A model generated the notes under the pieces. That model saw only the letters and a list, made by a program, of their open reading frames with translations. It was not told where the DNA came from and did no database searches. Positions 9,855 to 21,052 of a DNA stretch of 64,000 bases are shown piece by piece (the first letter of the stretch is position 1; the number at the start of each line of letters is the position of its first letter). The position numbers were made by a program, and so were the translations under genes. Location: NCBI GenBank assembly GCA_964291265.2, contig OZ219746.1, positions 324,064 through 388,063 of the forward strand, given 5' to 3'. This stretch comes from Alphaproteobacteria bacterium (GTDB lineage Bacteria > Pseudomonadota > Alphaproteobacteria > SP197).

Positions 9855-11432
9855 ATGGCGGCCGTAACGAACGTGGCGCACAGGGATCTGCTGCAGATCG
9901 CGGCGACCGTGGCGACAGAAAAGGGCATCGAGCACGAAACCGTGATCGAGGCGCTCGAACAGGCGATCCAGAGCGCCGCGGTGAAGAAGTACGGTGAACT
10001 CGACATCAGGGTCGAGATCGACCGCACGTCCGGTGTGGTGACGCTGCTGCTCTATCGCGAGGTCATTGGGGATGATGTCGAACTGCAGCCGGGCCGGCAC
10101 ATCACTCTCGAGGAGGCGCGCCGGAAGAACCCCGTCGCCGAGGTCGGGGACTTCATCACCGAGGATCTGCCGCCGGTCGAATTCGGACGGATCTCGGCCC
10201 AGGGCGCCAAGCAGACCATCATGCAAAAGGTCCGCGAGGCCGAGCGCGATCGCCAGTACAACGAATTCAAGGACCGTGTCGGGGAGATCATCAACGGAAT
10301 AGTCAAGCGCGACGAGCGTGGCAACCAGATCGTCGATCTCGGACGTGCCGAGGCGATGCTGCGGCGCGACGACTGCCTGCCGCGCGAACCCCTGCGCCGT
10401 GGTGATCGGGTGCGGGCCTACGTCTACGACGTGCGCCAGGAGTCCCGCGGACCGCAGGTCTTCATCTCGCGCGTGCACCCCGACTTCATGCGCAAGCTCT
10501 TCGAGATGGAGGTCCCGGAGATCTACGACGGCATCATCGAGGTTCGCGCCATCGCCCGCGACGCCGGGAGCCGGGCCAAGATCGCCGTGCGGACCAATGA
10601 CGACTCCATTGATCCTGTCGGAGCCTGCGTCGGTATGCGGGGCAGCCGTGTTCAGGCCGTCGTCAACGAACTCGGCGGCGAGAAGATCGACATCATTCCC
10701 TGGTCGCCGGACACAGCCACCTTTGTCGTGAACGCCCTGCAGCCCGCGGAGGTGGCCAAGGTCGTCATGGACGAAGCGGAACGGCGCATGGAGGTCGTGG
10801 TGCCGGATGACCAGTTGTCTCTGGCGATTGGCCGGCGTGGCCAGAATGTGCGACTCGCCTCGCAGCTCGTGGGCTGGGACATCGACATCATGACCGAAAG
10901 CGGTGAATCGGAGCGCCGCACCAACGAAATGCGCGTGCAGTCCGAGCACTTCATGGAAGCGCTCGATGTCGACGACGTGCTCGCCCGACTTCTCGTGACC
11001 GAGGGATTCTCGGAGGTCGAGGAGATCGCCTTCGAATCCGCCGAGGAACTGCTTTCCATCGAGGGTCTCGACGAGGGGATCGCCCAGGAACTGCAGAATC
11101 GGGCCATCGCATTTGTCCAGGAACGCGACCTTCAGTTCGATGCCAGGCGCCGTGAACTCGGTGTTGCGGACGATGTCGCCTCCATTGATGGACTGACGCC
11201 GGCCTTTCTTGTCGAACTGGGCGAGAAGGGAATCAGGACTCTCGACGATCTGGCCGATCTGGCAGCCGACGAGCTGTTGCAGGACTACCTGCCCGGTACG
11301 TATCTGACACCGGACGATGCCAACGCCATCATCATGGCGGCTCGCGCCCACTGGTTCGAGGGTGAACAAGACGGCCACGCGACCGGGTCGTCCGCGCAAG
11401 ATGACAACGCTGATGCCCGGTCCGAACACTAA
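9855..11432 (+). CDS. nusA: Transcription termination/antitermination factor NusA
   Basis: FGRISAQGAKQ, IDPVGACVGMRGSRV, LSLAIGRRGQNVRLAS. Confidence 0.98.
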   Translation: MAAVTNVAHRDLLQIAATVATEKGIEHETVIEALEQAIQSAAVKKYGELDIRVEIDRTSGVVTLLLYREVIGDDVELQPGRHITLEEARRKNPVAEVGDFITEDLPPVEFGRISAQGAKQTIMQKVREAERDRQYNEFKDRVGEIINGIVKRDERGNQIVDLGRAEAMLRRDDCLPREPLRRGDRVRAYVYDVRQESRGPQVFISRVHPDFMRKLFEMEVPEIYDGIIEVRAIARDAGSRAKIAVRTNDDSIDPVGACVGMRGSRVQAVVNELGGEKIDIIPWSPDTATFVVNALQPAEVAKVVMDEAERRMEVVVPDDQLSLAIGRRGQNVRLASQLVGWDIDIMTESGESERRTNEMRVQSEHFMEALDVDDVLARLLVTEGFSEVEEIAFESAEELLSIEGLDEGIAQELQNRAIAFVQERDLQFDARRRELGVADDVASIDGLTPAFLVELGEKGIRTLDDLADLAADELLQDYLPGTYLTPDDANAIIMAARAHWFEGEQDGHATGSSAQDDNADARSEH

Positions 11433-12009
11433 TGTCCAGCGGCGCTGCATAGCCACCGGCAGGTCCGTCGACAGGACGGGGCTGGTACGGTTCGTGCTGG
11501 CGCCGTCCGGGGACATCGTGCCGGACCTGGCGGAACGCCTGCCCGGTCGGGGCGTGTGGGTTTCCGCCCGGCGCGAAGCCATCGACCGCGCGGTTGCCAG
11601 GAAGCAGTTCAGTCGCGGCCTCAAGAGGCCCGTGGCTGCCCGGTCCGATCTCGCCGACTCCGTGGAAAGCCTGCTTGTCCAACGGATTGTCGAGCTTCTG
11701 GGATTCGCCCGCCGGGCGGGCGAGGCCGTGTGTGGATTTGAGAAGTGCCGCGCCTTTGCTTCGAGGGACGGAAGTCTTCTGCTGCACGCCCGTGACGGCT
11801 CGGCCGCAGGCCTCGAGAAGCTGACCGGACGGTCGTCCGTCACGGTGTTGCGGGTCCTGGATCGCGTGGAACTCGGGGAGGCGTTTGGCCGGAGCGACGC
11901 GGTGCACGTGGCTCTTCGCTCCGGTGGTCTCGCCACCGGAATCACCCGGGAATGTGCCCGCCTCGCGGGTTTTCGAGGACTCGACGAACCTGGCATGGAA
12001 GGAACCTGA
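11401..12009 (+). CDS. YlxR/DUF448 RNA-binding protein with L7Ae-like C-terminus
   Basis: RRCIATG...LVRFV...PGRGVWV; lies between nusA and infB; start could be 11413. Confidence 0.85.
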   Translation: MTTLMPGPNTNVQRRCIATGRSVDRTGLVRFVLAPSGDIVPDLAERLPGRGVWVSARREAIDRAVARKQFSRGLKRPVAARSDLADSVESLLVQRIVELLGFARRAGEAVCGFEKCRAFASRDGSLLLHARDGSAAGLEKLTGRSSVTVLRVLDRVELGEAFGRSDAVHVALRSGGLATGITRECARLAGFRGLDEPGMEGT

Positions 12010-12012
12010 AGG

Positions 12013-14607
12013 ATGGCAACCACGGACGAAGGCCCACGCAAGCCAACGCTGAGTCTCGGCGGGCGCAGGCAGGTCGAGCGCAAGACGACCGAAGTCAGCG
12101 GCTCCGTACAGCAGAGCTTCAGCCATGGCCGCAAGAAGAACGTCGCTGTCGTGGTCAAGAAGCGGCGCACCTTGCGTGCCGGCCGCCAGGAGAGCGCCGA
12201 ATCCAGGCCCGCCACGCCTGCACCGGAGGCAAGCGAGCCCGCCCGGGAGCAGGAGACCGCAACTCCCGAGAATGAGGACGTCAGCCGGCGGTCGTCCCTG
12301 GTTCTGCGGCATCTCAGCCCCGAAGAGCGTGAAAGCCGTGCGCGTGCCCTTGAACAGGCGCAGAAGGCCGATGAGGAGGCCCGCGTCCTGGCAGGTGAAC
12401 AGGAGCGTCTGCGGGCCGAGGAGGAGGCGCGACTCAAGGTCGAACGCGAGGACGCAGAGCGCCGCGCTCGTGAGGAAGCGGAAAGCCGCGAACAGGAGGA
12501 AGAGGCCCGTCGGCGGGCCGAGGAACAGGCCAGGCGCCAACTCGAGAGACAGCGCGACTCGGCCGGACAACGCGAGGGTCCTTCGGCGCCCGGGCCAACC
12601 GCACCCGCCTCCGTTGCCGAGGAAGAGAACCGGCGTGGCAAGCGCGACCAGAAACGTTCCGCCTTGGCTCCGGGCAAGCGCGCCTCCGGCCGACGCCGGA
12701 GCGGCAAGCTCACCGTTGCCCAGGCCCTGAACGAGGAGGATCGCGAGGAGCGGGCGCGCAGCCTCGCGGCGGCAAGGCGGGCCCGCGAAAAACTGCGGCA
12801 GCAGCAACTCGAGCGCAGGGCGGTCACGGGGTCGATCAAGAAGGTCGTGCGCGAGGTTATCGTGCCGGAGGTCATTCTGGTCAGCGAACTGGCCAACCGC
12901 ATGGCGGTGCGTGGCAGCGAGATCGTCAAGAAGATGATGGAAATGGGTCAGATGGTGACCATCAACCAGACCATCGACGCCGACACGGCCGAGGTCGTCG
13001 TGGCGGAGTTTGGACATCGGGCGCGGCGTGTCTCGGCGGCCGATATCGAGGTCGGGCTGAAACAGGATGACGATCCCGACGACTTGAAGCAGGAACGTGC
13101 GCCGGTGGTCACGGTCATGGGCCACGTGGATCACGGCAAGACGTCCCTGCTCGACGCCCTGCGCCGCTCCGACGTGGTGTCCGGCGAGGCCGGAGGCATC
13201 ACGCAGCATATCGGTGCCTATCAGGTGCGCCTCGATGGTGGCCAACGGATCACGTTCCTGGATACGCCTGGTCATGCCGCCTTCACGTCCATGCGTGCCC
13301 GCGGTGCCAGTGTCACGGACATCGTGGTGCTGGTTGTGGCTGCCGACGACTCGGTGATGCCGCAGACACGGGAAGCGATTGACCATGCCAGAGCCGCCGA
13401 AGTGCCGATCATCGTTGCCATCAACAAGTGCGACCTTCCCGGCGCCGAACCCGACAGGGTGCGTCAGGACCTGTTGCGCAACAGCCTGGTGGTCGAATCG
13501 TTGGGCGGAGACATACTCGATGTCGAGATCTCGGCGCTGAAGGGCGATGGCCTCGACCGTCTTGAGGAGACCATCCTGCTGCAGGCCGAGGTCCTTGAAC
13601 TCAAGGCGAACCCGGATCGTGAAGCCGAAGGCGTCGTTGTCGAGGCCAAGCTCGACAAGGGCCGCGGCCCGGTCTCCACGGTGCTCGTGCAGCGCGGAAC
13701 GCTTGATGTCGGGGACACGGTCGTGGTCGGCAATGTCTGGGGCCGCGTCCGCGCTCTGATCGATGACCGGGGCAGCAACGTCAAGAGCGCCGGTCCCGCC
13801 CTGCCGGTCGAGATTCTCGGACTGTCGGGAGCGCCGCTGGCCGGTGACGAGTTTTTTGTCGTGGAGAACGAAAGGCGGGCGCGGGAGGTGGCCGCCTACC
13901 GTACGGCACAGGAGCGCCAGAGGAAGATCACTGCCACGGGTCGGGGTTCCTTCGATCAGATTCTGGCCGGCATCAAGGCGGGCAAGGCGACCGAACTCCC
14001 CATCGTCGTCAAGACGGATGTCCAGGGTTCGGCGGAGGCCATTGCCGACAGCCTCCAGGCCTTCGGCACCGAGGAAGTCAAGCCCCGCATCCTGTTGTCT
14101 GCCGTCGGCGGCATTACCGAAAGCGATGTGACTCTGGCCAGTGCGTCCAGCGCGGTCATCCTGGGCTTCAACGTGCGGGCCAACAGCCAGGCCCGCCGTC
14201 TCGCTGTCCGGGAGGGCGTTGAGATCCTCTATTTCCGGGTGATCTACGAGCTTCTTGATCAGGTGAGGGACATGCTGGCGGGCCTGCTGAAACCGGCAAC
14301 GGAGGAGGAGGTCCTCGGTGCCGCCCAGGTTCTGGAAACCTTCGACATCTCGGGCGCCGGGACGATCGCCGGCTGCCGCGTGATGGACGGCTACATCCGT
14401 GCCAGTGCGCGGGTCAGGTTGCTGCGGGGCGGACGCACCATGTTCGATGGTGCGATCCGATCGCTGCGCCATCACAAGGATCAGGTCCGGGAGGTCCGCC
14501 AGGGCAGCGAGTGCGGCATCCAGCTTGCCGAGCACCAGGACATCGAAATCGGTGACGAGATCGAGGCCTATGAGCTGAAGCAGGTTGTCCGAACGCTGGA
14601 TGCCTGA
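12013..14607 (+). CDS. infB: Translation initiation factor IF-2
   Basis: [31 protein letters not shown]. Confidence 0.98.
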   Translation: MATTDEGPRKPTLSLGGRRQVERKTTEVSGSVQQSFSHGRKKNVAVVVKKRRTLRAGRQESAESRPATPAPEASEPAREQETATPENEDVSRRSSLVLRHLSPEERESRARALEQAQKADEEARVLAGEQERLRAEEEARLKVEREDAERRAREEAESREQEEEARRRAEEQARRQLERQRDSAGQREGPSAPGPTAPASVAEEENRRGKRDQKRSALAPGKRASGRRRSGKLTVAQALNEEDREERARSLAAARRAREKLRQQQLERRAVTGSIKKVVREVIVPEVILVSELANRMAVRGSEIVKKMMEMGQMVTINQTIDADTAEVVVAEFGHRARRVSAADIEVGLKQDDDPDDLKQERAPVVTVMGHVDHGKTSLLDALRRSDVVSGEAGGITQHIGAYQVRLDGGQRITFLDTPGHAAFTSMRARGASVTDIVVLVVAADDSVMPQTREAIDHARAAEVPIIVAINKCDLPGAEPDRVRQDLLRNSLVVESLGGDILDVEISALKGDGLDRLEETILLQAEVLELKANPDREAEGVVVEAKLDKGRGPVSTVLVQRGTLDVGDTVVVGNVWGRVRALIDDRGSNVKSAGPALPVEILGLSGAPLAGDEFFVVENERRAREVAAYRTAQERQRKITATGRGSFDQILAGIKAGKATELPIVVKTDVQGSAEAIADSLQAFGTEEVKPRILLSAVGGITESDVTLASASSAVILGFNVRANSQARRLAVREGVEILYFRVIYELLDQVRDMLAGLLKPATEEEVLGAAQVLETFDISGAGTIAGCRVMDGYIRASARVRLLRGGRTMFDGAIRSLRHHKDQVREVRQGSECGIQLAEHQDIEIGDEIEAYELKQVVRTLDA

Positions 14608-14971
14608 AGTGAAGCAGCGCAACCACCAGCGCCGGTTGAGAGTGGGCGAGGAGATTCGCCACGTGCTGTCGGACATGTTTGCCCGGGACGAAATTCATGA
14701 CCCGGCGCTGTTCGGCCGACCGATTACCGTCTCCGAAGTCCGCATGAGCGCTGATCTCAGACACGCCGCCTGCTACATCATGCCGCTTGGCGGGGAGAAT
14801 GTCGGCGATGTGGTGGAAGGTTTGCAGCGGGCCACGCCGTGGTTGCGTGGCGAGGTCTCGCGCCGGGTGCGTCTGCGCGTGGCGCCGGAACTTGTGTTTC
14901 ACGCGGACCGCGGATTTGACCATGCCCAGCGCATCAGCACACTGCTTGAGACGCCCGGCGGACCTTCATAG
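14600..14971 (+). CDS. rbfA: 30S ribosome-binding factor RbfA
   Basis: RRLRVGEEIR, ITVSEVRMSADLR, LRVAPELVFHAD; operon context. Confidence 0.95.
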   Translation: MPEVKQRNHQRRLRVGEEIRHVLSDMFARDEIHDPALFGRPITVSEVRMSADLRHAACYIMPLGGENVGDVVEGLQRATPWLRGEVSRRVRLRVAPELVFHADRGFDHAQRISTLLETPGGPS

Positions 14972-14977
14972 GCCCTC

Positions 14978-15892
14978 ATGAGCCATGGCATTCATGGCTG
15001 GCTTGTCTGTGACAAGCCGGCCGGTCTGACATCAAGGCAGCTGGTGGGACGGGCACGCAGACTGACCGGCGCCGCCCGCCTCGGACACGGTGGCACGCTC
15101 GACCCACTGGCCACCGGCATCCTTCCGGTGGCCCTGGGCGAGGCGACGAAGACCATCGCCTGGTGCCAGGACGCCCTCAAGACCTATCAGGTCACGGCGC
15201 GCTGGGGGATCTCGACGACCACCGACGACGCCGAGGGGGATGTCACCGGAACGTCCCAGGTCCGGCCGTCGGCAGAGGGGATCAGGGCCATCCTCGCGTC
15301 CTTTGTCGGTGATGTCAGCCAGACGCCTCCGGTTTTTTCGGCCGTCAAGGTGGGGGGCAGGCGGGCCTACGCGCTCGCGCGAAAGGACATCATTCCTGAC
15401 CTGCAACCCCGCCTGGTGAGGATCGAGCGGGTTGCGCTCGTCGCTCTCGAGGACAGAGACCACGCATCGTTCGAGGTGGTGTGCGGCAAGGGGACCTACA
15501 TGCGCGCGCTCATCCGGGATCTGGCAGCAAGCCTTGGCACCCTGGGCCATGTCCATTCCCTGCGCCGCACCCAAGTGGGACCGTTTTCGCTGCCTATGGC
15601 GATTTCTGTGGATTCCTGGCTGGAACATGGTAGGAATGCACTCGCTTGCGGGGCGATCCATCCCGTGGAGACGGTGCTGGTCGACATCCCGGCGCTTGTC
15701 GTCACGACATTGCAGGCACGTCAGCTCAGACACGGGCAGACGGTCCGGATCGGTCAGACCAGCAAGGGTATCGTTCGCCTCCGGGACGACCACGGGCTTG
15801 TCGCGATAGCGAAATCCGACGGGGATCTGGTTCGACCGGTGCGTGTTTTCAACCATGACGGGACACGAGGTCACGATGTCGATCACAGCTGA
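14978..15892 (+). CDS. truB: tRNA pseudouridine(55) synthase TruB
   Basis: [22 protein letters not shown]. Confidence 0.95.
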   Translation: MSHGIHGWLVCDKPAGLTSRQLVGRARRLTGAARLGHGGTLDPLATGILPVALGEATKTIAWCQDALKTYQVTARWGISTTTDDAEGDVTGTSQVRPSAEGIRAILASFVGDVSQTPPVFSAVKVGGRRAYALARKDIIPDLQPRLVRIERVALVALEDRDHASFEVVCGKGTYMRALIRDLAASLGTLGHVHSLRRTQVGPFSLPMAISVDSWLEHGRNALACGAIHPVETVLVDIPALVVTTLQARQLRHGQTVRIGQTSKGIVRLRDDHGLVAIAKSDGDLVRPVRVFNHDGTRGHDVDHS

Positions 15893-16145
15893 ACGCAAGA
15901 GCGAACTGATTCGCCAGCATGGCCGCACCGACGGTGATACCGGATCGCCCGAGGTGCAGATTGCCATTCTGACGGAACGCATCACCAATCTTACCGAACA
16001 CTTCAAGTTCCACCGCAAGGACAAGCACTCCAGGCGGGGCCTGCTCATGCTGGTCAGCAGGCGACGGGCCCTGCTGGACTACCTGCGTGGCCGGGACGAG
16101 AGTCGCTATCGCTCCATTATCGGTAGCCTGGGCCTGCGCCGCTGA
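15876..16145 (+). CDS. rpsO: 30S ribosomal protein S15
   Basis: [27 protein letters not shown]. Confidence 0.98.
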   Translation: MSITAERKSELIRQHGRTDGDTGSPEVQIAILTERITNLTEHFKFHRKDKHSRRGLLMLVSRRRALLDYLRGRDESRYRSIIGSLGLRR

Positions 16146-16318
16146 CACCTGCGGCGAGGCACGGCGGAAGCGCACGTCGTCAGGTGAGGCTCCTCCAGGG
16201 GAGCGCCTGGCTGGGACTGTCATGACCGGTTCGTCGCTGAATCCGGATCATGCCGGGGAATCTTCATATCACAATGGGCGGAGTGCGCTGATTCCGCCAA
16301 TGTCGAGGGACAACATGC

Positions 16319-18502
16319 ATGTTTGACATTCACACGAAAGAAATCGTCTGGGGCGGCCGGACGCTGACGCTGGAAACCGGGCGTATCGCCCGCCAGGCGG
16401 ACGGGGCTGTGCTCGCGACCTATGGCGCCACCACGGTGTTGTGCACGGTTGTGGCACAAAGGCAGCCACGAGAGGGCGTGGATTTCTTCCCGCTCACCGT
16501 GAACTACCAGGAAAAGGCGTTCGCGGCCGGCAAGATTCCCGGCGGGTTCTTCAAACGCGAAGGCCGGCCGAGCGAGAAGGAAACCCTGTCGTCACGCATT
16601 ATCGACCGGTCGATCCGGCCGCTCTTCGCCTCCGGATTCCGCAACGAGACCCAGGTCATCTGTACCGTGCTTGCCCATGACCTCGAGAATGACCCGGACG
16701 TCATTGCCTTGGTCGGATCCTCCGCCGCGCTGGCCATATCGGGCATCCCGTTCAACGGCCCCGTTGGCTGCGCCAGGGTCGGCTTCATTGACGGCGGCTA
16801 TGTCCTCAACCCGTTGCTCAGGCAGATGGACGAGTCCCGCCTCGACCTCGTGGTTGCCGGACGTTCGGATGCCGTCATGATGGTGGAGTCGGAGGCGCGG
16901 GAGCTGAGCGAGGATGAAATGCTCGGTGCCGTGATGTTCGCCCAGCAGGAATTCCAGCCGGTGATTGACGGCATCAGTGACCTCGCCGCAACCTGCGGTC
17001 GGGATCCTTGGCGCGTGCCGGAGCCCGAGGATACGGGCGATCTCGAGCGCGCGGTGCGGGACCTCATCGGTGACGAACTCGCCGATGCCTACCGGGAGGC
17101 CGACAAGCAACGCCGCCAGGAAAGTCTTCAGGCGGCCAGAAACACCGCGAGTGAGCGGTTCGCCAAGGACGAGTCGGTGACCGATGACACCCTGGCCGGT
17201 GTTCTCAAGTCTCTCGAAAAGGCGACGATGCGCGATGCAACCCTGACGTCAGGCGTGCGTGTCGATGGCCGGCAGACCGACGCGGTCCGTCCGATTTCAT
17301 CACAGGTCGGCGTTCTTGAGCGCTCCCATGGTTCGTCGCTTTTCACCAGGGGCGAGACCCAGGCTCTTGTCACCGTGACACTGGGAACGGGACAGGACGA
17401 GCAGATCATGGATGCCCTTGCAGGTGAGTACCGCGAGCATTTCATGCTGCACTACAACTTCCCGCCCTACTCAGTGGGTGAGGCGAGTTTCCTGCGTTCT
17501 CCCGGCCGCCGTGAGATCGGTCACGGCAAGCTGGCCTGGCGGGCCATTCACCCGCTGTTGCCGGAAAAGGAGAAATTCCCCTACACCATCAGGGTGGTCT
17601 CGGAGATCACCGAGTCGAACGGCTCTTCGTCGATGGCGACGGTGTGCGGCAGTTCACTGGCCCTGATGGATGCCGGTGTGCCGCTGGCGCGTCCCTGTGC
17701 GGGTATCGCCATGGGTCTCATCAAGGACAACGACCGGTTTGTCGTTCTCTCGGACATTCTGGGAGACGAGGACCATCTGGGTGACATGGACTTCAAGGTG
17801 GCGGGTACCGGACACGGCGTCACAAGTCTGCAGATGGACATCAAGATCGCCGGCATCACCCGGGAGATCATGTCTGTCGCCCTCGCACAAGCACGGGAAG
17901 GTCGGCTTCACATTCTGGGTGAAATGGCAAGGGCGATTGGCGCGACGCGTGACACGCTGTCGGATTTCGCACCGCGCATCACGACGATCAAGGTTCCTTC
18001 CGACAGGATTCGCGACATCATCGGGCCCGGTGGCAAGGTCATCCGGGAGATCACGGAGGTCAGCGGAACCAAGATCGATGTCGAGGATGACGGAACCGTC
18101 AAGATTGCCTCCTCGGACCCGTCGGCAACCGACACGGCCCTGACGATGATCAAGGACATCGTGGCCGAACCGGAGGTCGGGGTGGTCTATGAGGGAACCG
18201 TGGTCAAGTGCCTTGATTTCGGCGCCTTCGTCAACTTCATCGGCAAGCGGGACGGTCTCGTGCACATATCCGAACTGGCGCAGGGCCGCGTGGCCACCGT
18301 CGGTGACGTGGTCAAGGAAGGCGACAGCGTGAAGGTCAAGGTTCTGGGGATCGATGATCGCGGCAAGGTGAAACTCTCCATGAGGCTGGTCGACCAGGAG
18401 ACCGGCGAGGACATCACGGAGCAGGTCGGCGAGCGCGAGAAGCCAAGGCGGCGTGAACGCAGGGATGACGGGCGCAAGCCCCGTCGGTCGCATCACGACT
18501 GA
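16319..18502 (+). CDS. pnp: Polyribonucleotide nucleotidyltransferase (PNPase)
   Basis: [35 protein letters not shown]; KH and S1 domains. Confidence 0.98.
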   Translation: MFDIHTKEIVWGGRTLTLETGRIARQADGAVLATYGATTVLCTVVAQRQPREGVDFFPLTVNYQEKAFAAGKIPGGFFKREGRPSEKETLSSRIIDRSIRPLFASGFRNETQVICTVLAHDLENDPDVIALVGSSAALAISGIPFNGPVGCARVGFIDGGYVLNPLLRQMDESRLDLVVAGRSDAVMMVESEARELSEDEMLGAVMFAQQEFQPVIDGISDLAATCGRDPWRVPEPEDTGDLERAVRDLIGDELADAYREADKQRRQESLQAARNTASERFAKDESVTDDTLAGVLKSLEKATMRDATLTSGVRVDGRQTDAVRPISSQVGVLERSHGSSLFTRGETQALVTVTLGTGQDEQIMDALAGEYREHFMLHYNFPPYSVGEASFLRSPGRREIGHGKLAWRAIHPLLPEKEKFPYTIRVVSEITESNGSSSMATVCGSSLALMDAGVPLARPCAGIAMGLIKDNDRFVVLSDILGDEDHLGDMDFKVAGTGHGVTSLQMDIKIAGITREIMSVALAQAREGRLHILGEMARAIGATRDTLSDFAPRITTIKVPSDRIRDIIGPGGKVIREITEVSGTKIDVEDDGTVKIASSDPSATDTALTMIKDIVAEPEVGVVYEGTVVKCLDFGAFVNFIGKRDGLVHISELAQGRVATVGDVVKEGDSVKVKVLGIDDRGKVKLSMRLVDQETGEDITEQVGEREKPRRRERRDDGRKPRRSHHD

Positions 18503-18574
18503 ACGTGCCGCCGGATGATCAGGCACGATACACGATGGCATGGTGGCGTGCCTTAGCCAGGGGAGACCGGGTGG

Positions 18575-19972
18575 GTGAAGTTGCTGAACGCCATACGCAT
18601 CTCGGGACGCGACGTTCTGCCCCTTGTCGAAGGCGGCAAGGGGATTTCGATCTCGAATGGCGAGAGTTCAGGTGCCTGGGCGAACTGCGGTGGTGTCGGC
18701 ACTTTTTCCGGAGTCAACGCCGATCATCGCAACGAGAGCGGCGAACTGATCCCCCAGGTCTACAGGGGGCGAAGCCGCAAGGAGCGGCATGAGGAACTGG
18801 TGGCGTTCGGAATCAAGGGCGGTATTCACCAGGCACAGGTGGCGCACGAACTGGCCGACGGCGAGGGCGTCATCCATGTCAATGTCCTGTGGGAGATGGG
18901 AGGTTGCGAGAGGGTCCTGCATGGCGTCCTCGATGGTGCGAAGGGATTGGTCCATGGCGTCACATGCGGTGCCGGCATGCCCTACAGAATGGCCCAGATA
19001 TGTTCGGAGTACGGTGTCTACTACTACCCGATCACCAGCTCTGCCCGAGCCTTCAATATTCTGTGGAAACGCGCCTATCATCGTTTTCCGGAACTCCTCG
19101 GGGGCGTCGTCTACGAGGATCCGTGGCGTGCCGGCGGGCACAATGGTCTCTCGAATGTCGAGGATCCGGAAGTTCCGGAAGACCCCTATCCGCGGGTTGT
19201 CGCATTGCGCAGGGTGATGCGGGGTGTCGGTCTTGACGACACCCCCATCTTCATGGCCGGAGGTGTGTGGCGCGTCGACGAGTGGCTCGACTGGCTTGAC
19301 AACCCTGAACTCGGCCCCATTGCCTTCCAGTTCGGAACACGACCGCTGCTGACCGAGGAAAGCCCGATCTCGGATACATGGAAGCGGCGGTTGCTCACGC
19401 TGCGCAAGGGCGAGATCAGTCTCAACCGGTTCAGTCCGACCGGCTTCTATTCCTCTGCCGTGGAGAACAGCTTCCTTCTCGAGCTCAAGACACGCAATCG
19501 ACGCCAGGTCGTCTATGCAACCGAACCCGTCGGTGACCATGTGGTCGAGTTCGCCTTCGGCCCCCGGGGCCGCCTCGTCTACCTCACGGAGCCCGATCTC
19601 AAGGAGGTTCGTCAATGGGTCGCGGCAGGGTTCAGCGAACCCCTCAAGACTCCCGATTCCACCCTGGTGTTTGTCACGCCCGAGAAATCCCGGCAGATCC
19701 GCAACGACCAGATCGAGTGCATGGGCTGCCTGAGCCAGTGCCGGTTCTCGAACTGGAAGTGCAGTGACACCGGGACCACTGGCCGCAAGCCCGACCCTCG
19801 CAGCTACTGCATCCAGAAGACCCTGCAGGTCATCAGCCATTCCGACGACATCGAAACCCAGCTCATGTTCGCCGGCCACAACGCCTACCGATTTGCCAAT
19901 GATCCCTGGTACTCCGACGGCTTCATTCCCACCGTGGCACAACTGATGGACCGCCTTCAGACAGGCCAGTAG
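18575..19972 (+). CDS. Nitronate monooxygenase/FabK-FabX-like flavin oxidoreductase with Cys cluster
   Basis: PLVEGGKG, AGGHNG, FQFGTR, CMGCLSQC...YCI, LMFAG. Confidence 0.8.
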   Translation: MKLLNAIRISGRDVLPLVEGGKGISISNGESSGAWANCGGVGTFSGVNADHRNESGELIPQVYRGRSRKERHEELVAFGIKGGIHQAQVAHELADGEGVIHVNVLWEMGGCERVLHGVLDGAKGLVHGVTCGAGMPYRMAQICSEYGVYYYPITSSARAFNILWKRAYHRFPELLGGVVYEDPWRAGGHNGLSNVEDPEVPEDPYPRVVALRRVMRGVGLDDTPIFMAGGVWRVDEWLDWLDNPELGPIAFQFGTRPLLTEESPISDTWKRRLLTLRKGEISLNRFSPTGFYSSAVENSFLLELKTRNRRQVVYATEPVGDHVVEFAFGPRGRLVYLTEPDLKEVRQWVAAGFSEPLKTPDSTLVFVTPEKSRQIRNDQIECMGCLSQCRFSNWKCSDTGTTGRKPDPRSYCIQKTLQVISHSDDIETQLMFAGHNAYRFANDPWYSDGFIPTVAQLMDRLQTGQ

Positions 19973-20030
19973 GACGGCGCGGCCGGGCCAACGTGGAGTC
20001 TCGAGATGACCGGCACTACAGGGGGTTGTC

Positions 20031-20441
20031 ATGCGCCTCGACGATGATCACATCGCTGCTCTGCTGACCTCAAGAGGACTGCAGCTGACGCGTCAGAGAC
20101 GTCAACTCGCCGAACTCCTCTTCAGGGGAGGCGACCGCCACGTGACGGCGGAGATGCTCGGACGGGAAGCGAAGCTGAACGGCATCCGGGTGTCTCTGGC
20201 AACCGTCTACAACACGTTGCACCAGTTCACCAGGGCAGGTTTGCTGCGCCGCATCAATGTCGACCCCGCGAGGACCTGGTTCGACACGAACACGACCTTC
20301 CACCATCACTTCTTCAACACCAGGAGTCTGGAGCTCACCGACATTCCCGAGGACCGGGTCAGCGTCGACGTGTTGTCGGCGCCCCCGAACGGCACCACCA
20401 TTGACCACATCGACGTGGTGGTCCGGGTCACTCCACGATGA
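20031..20441 (+). CDS. irr: Fur-family iron response regulator (Irr-like)
   Basis: RHVTAE, SLATVYNTLHQF, FDTNTTFHHHF (HHH motif), IDVVVRV. Confidence 0.85.
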   Translation: MRLDDDHIAALLTSRGLQLTRQRRQLAELLFRGGDRHVTAEMLGREAKLNGIRVSLATVYNTLHQFTRAGLLRRINVDPARTWFDTNTTFHHHFFNTRSLELTDIPEDRVSVDVLSAPPNGTTIDHIDVVVRVTPR

Positions 20442-20448
20442 CGGCCGT

Positions 20449-20478
20449 TTGACAGGTTGGAATGATTCCAGATAGTTT
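20449..20478 (+). promoter_or_regulatory. Promoter of rubrerythrin operon with ICE-like (Irr) operator
   Basis: TTGACA (20449-20454), N18, TAGTTT; the spacer contains GTTGGAA-TGA-TTCCAGA, similar to ICE TTTRGAA-N3-TTCYAAA. Confidence 0.65.
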
Positions 20479-20556
20479 GTTCCCGGAGCGGCTGGCCGCT
20501 CCTTGTCAACAGCACCCCAGGGGCCCGCAGGGCCACAGAATTCCGAGGAGAGAATC

Positions 20557-20976
20557 ATGTCACTTGGCGGCACCAGGACCGAACAGAATCTGAAAGATGC
20601 CTTCGCCGGCGAGAGCCAGGCGAACCGCCGTTACCTTTACTTCGCCCAGAAGGCGGACATCGAAGGCTACAACGATGTGGCGGCCGTCTTCCGTTCAACG
20701 GCGGAAGGCGAGACCGGGCATGCCCATGGCCACCTCGAGTTCCTCGAGGAGACCGGTGATCCTGCAACCGGCGAACCGATCGGCTCCACCGACCGCAATC
20801 TCAAGGCGGCGATCGCCGGAGAGACCCACGAGTACACGGACATGTATCCCGGCATGGCCAGGACAGCCCGCGACGAGGGATTCGACGAGATCGCAGACTG
20901 GTTCGAGACCCTCGCCAAGGCCGAGAAGAGTCACGCAGGGCGTTTCCAGAAGGCATTCGACACGCTCAACGACTGA
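20557..20976 (+). CDS. Rubrerythrin (short type lacking rubredoxin domain)
   Basis: [36 protein letters not shown]. Confidence 0.95.
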   Translation: MSLGGTRTEQNLKDAFAGESQANRRYLYFAQKADIEGYNDVAAVFRSTAEGETGHAHGHLEFLEETGDPATGEPIGSTDRNLKAAIAGETHEYTDMYPGMARTARDEGFDEIADWFETLAKAEKSHAGRFQKAFDTLND

Positions 20977-20998
20977 TCCGGAACCGGGACGGGAGCTT

Positions 20999-21025
20999 GC
21001 CTGCGGCAGTTGTCCCGCCGCAGGC
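20999..21025 (+). other. Intercistronic stem-loop after rubrerythrin
   Basis: GCCTGCGGC-N9-GCCGCAGGC. Confidence 0.45.
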
Positions 21026-21052
21026 GAGCCTTTCCTGTCCGGACTGTGACCC

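Noticed and set aside
12340-12560. Repetitive GAG/GCG-rich stretch
   Set aside because: Normal charged helical linker of IF-2, not a DNA repeat array.
9798-14676. Very long minus-strand ORFs (1043 and 1114 aa) opposite nusA/infB, and similar antisense ORFs opposite uvrB, the RND gene and the dehydrogenases
   Set aside because: Shadow ORFs expected in high-GC coding DNA; no family motifs.
19908-19920. 12/13-nt match to sequence near the mini-tnpB 3' end (GGTACTCCGA.GG)
   Set aside because: Short enough to arise by chance in 64 kb, and the guide boundary is undefined.
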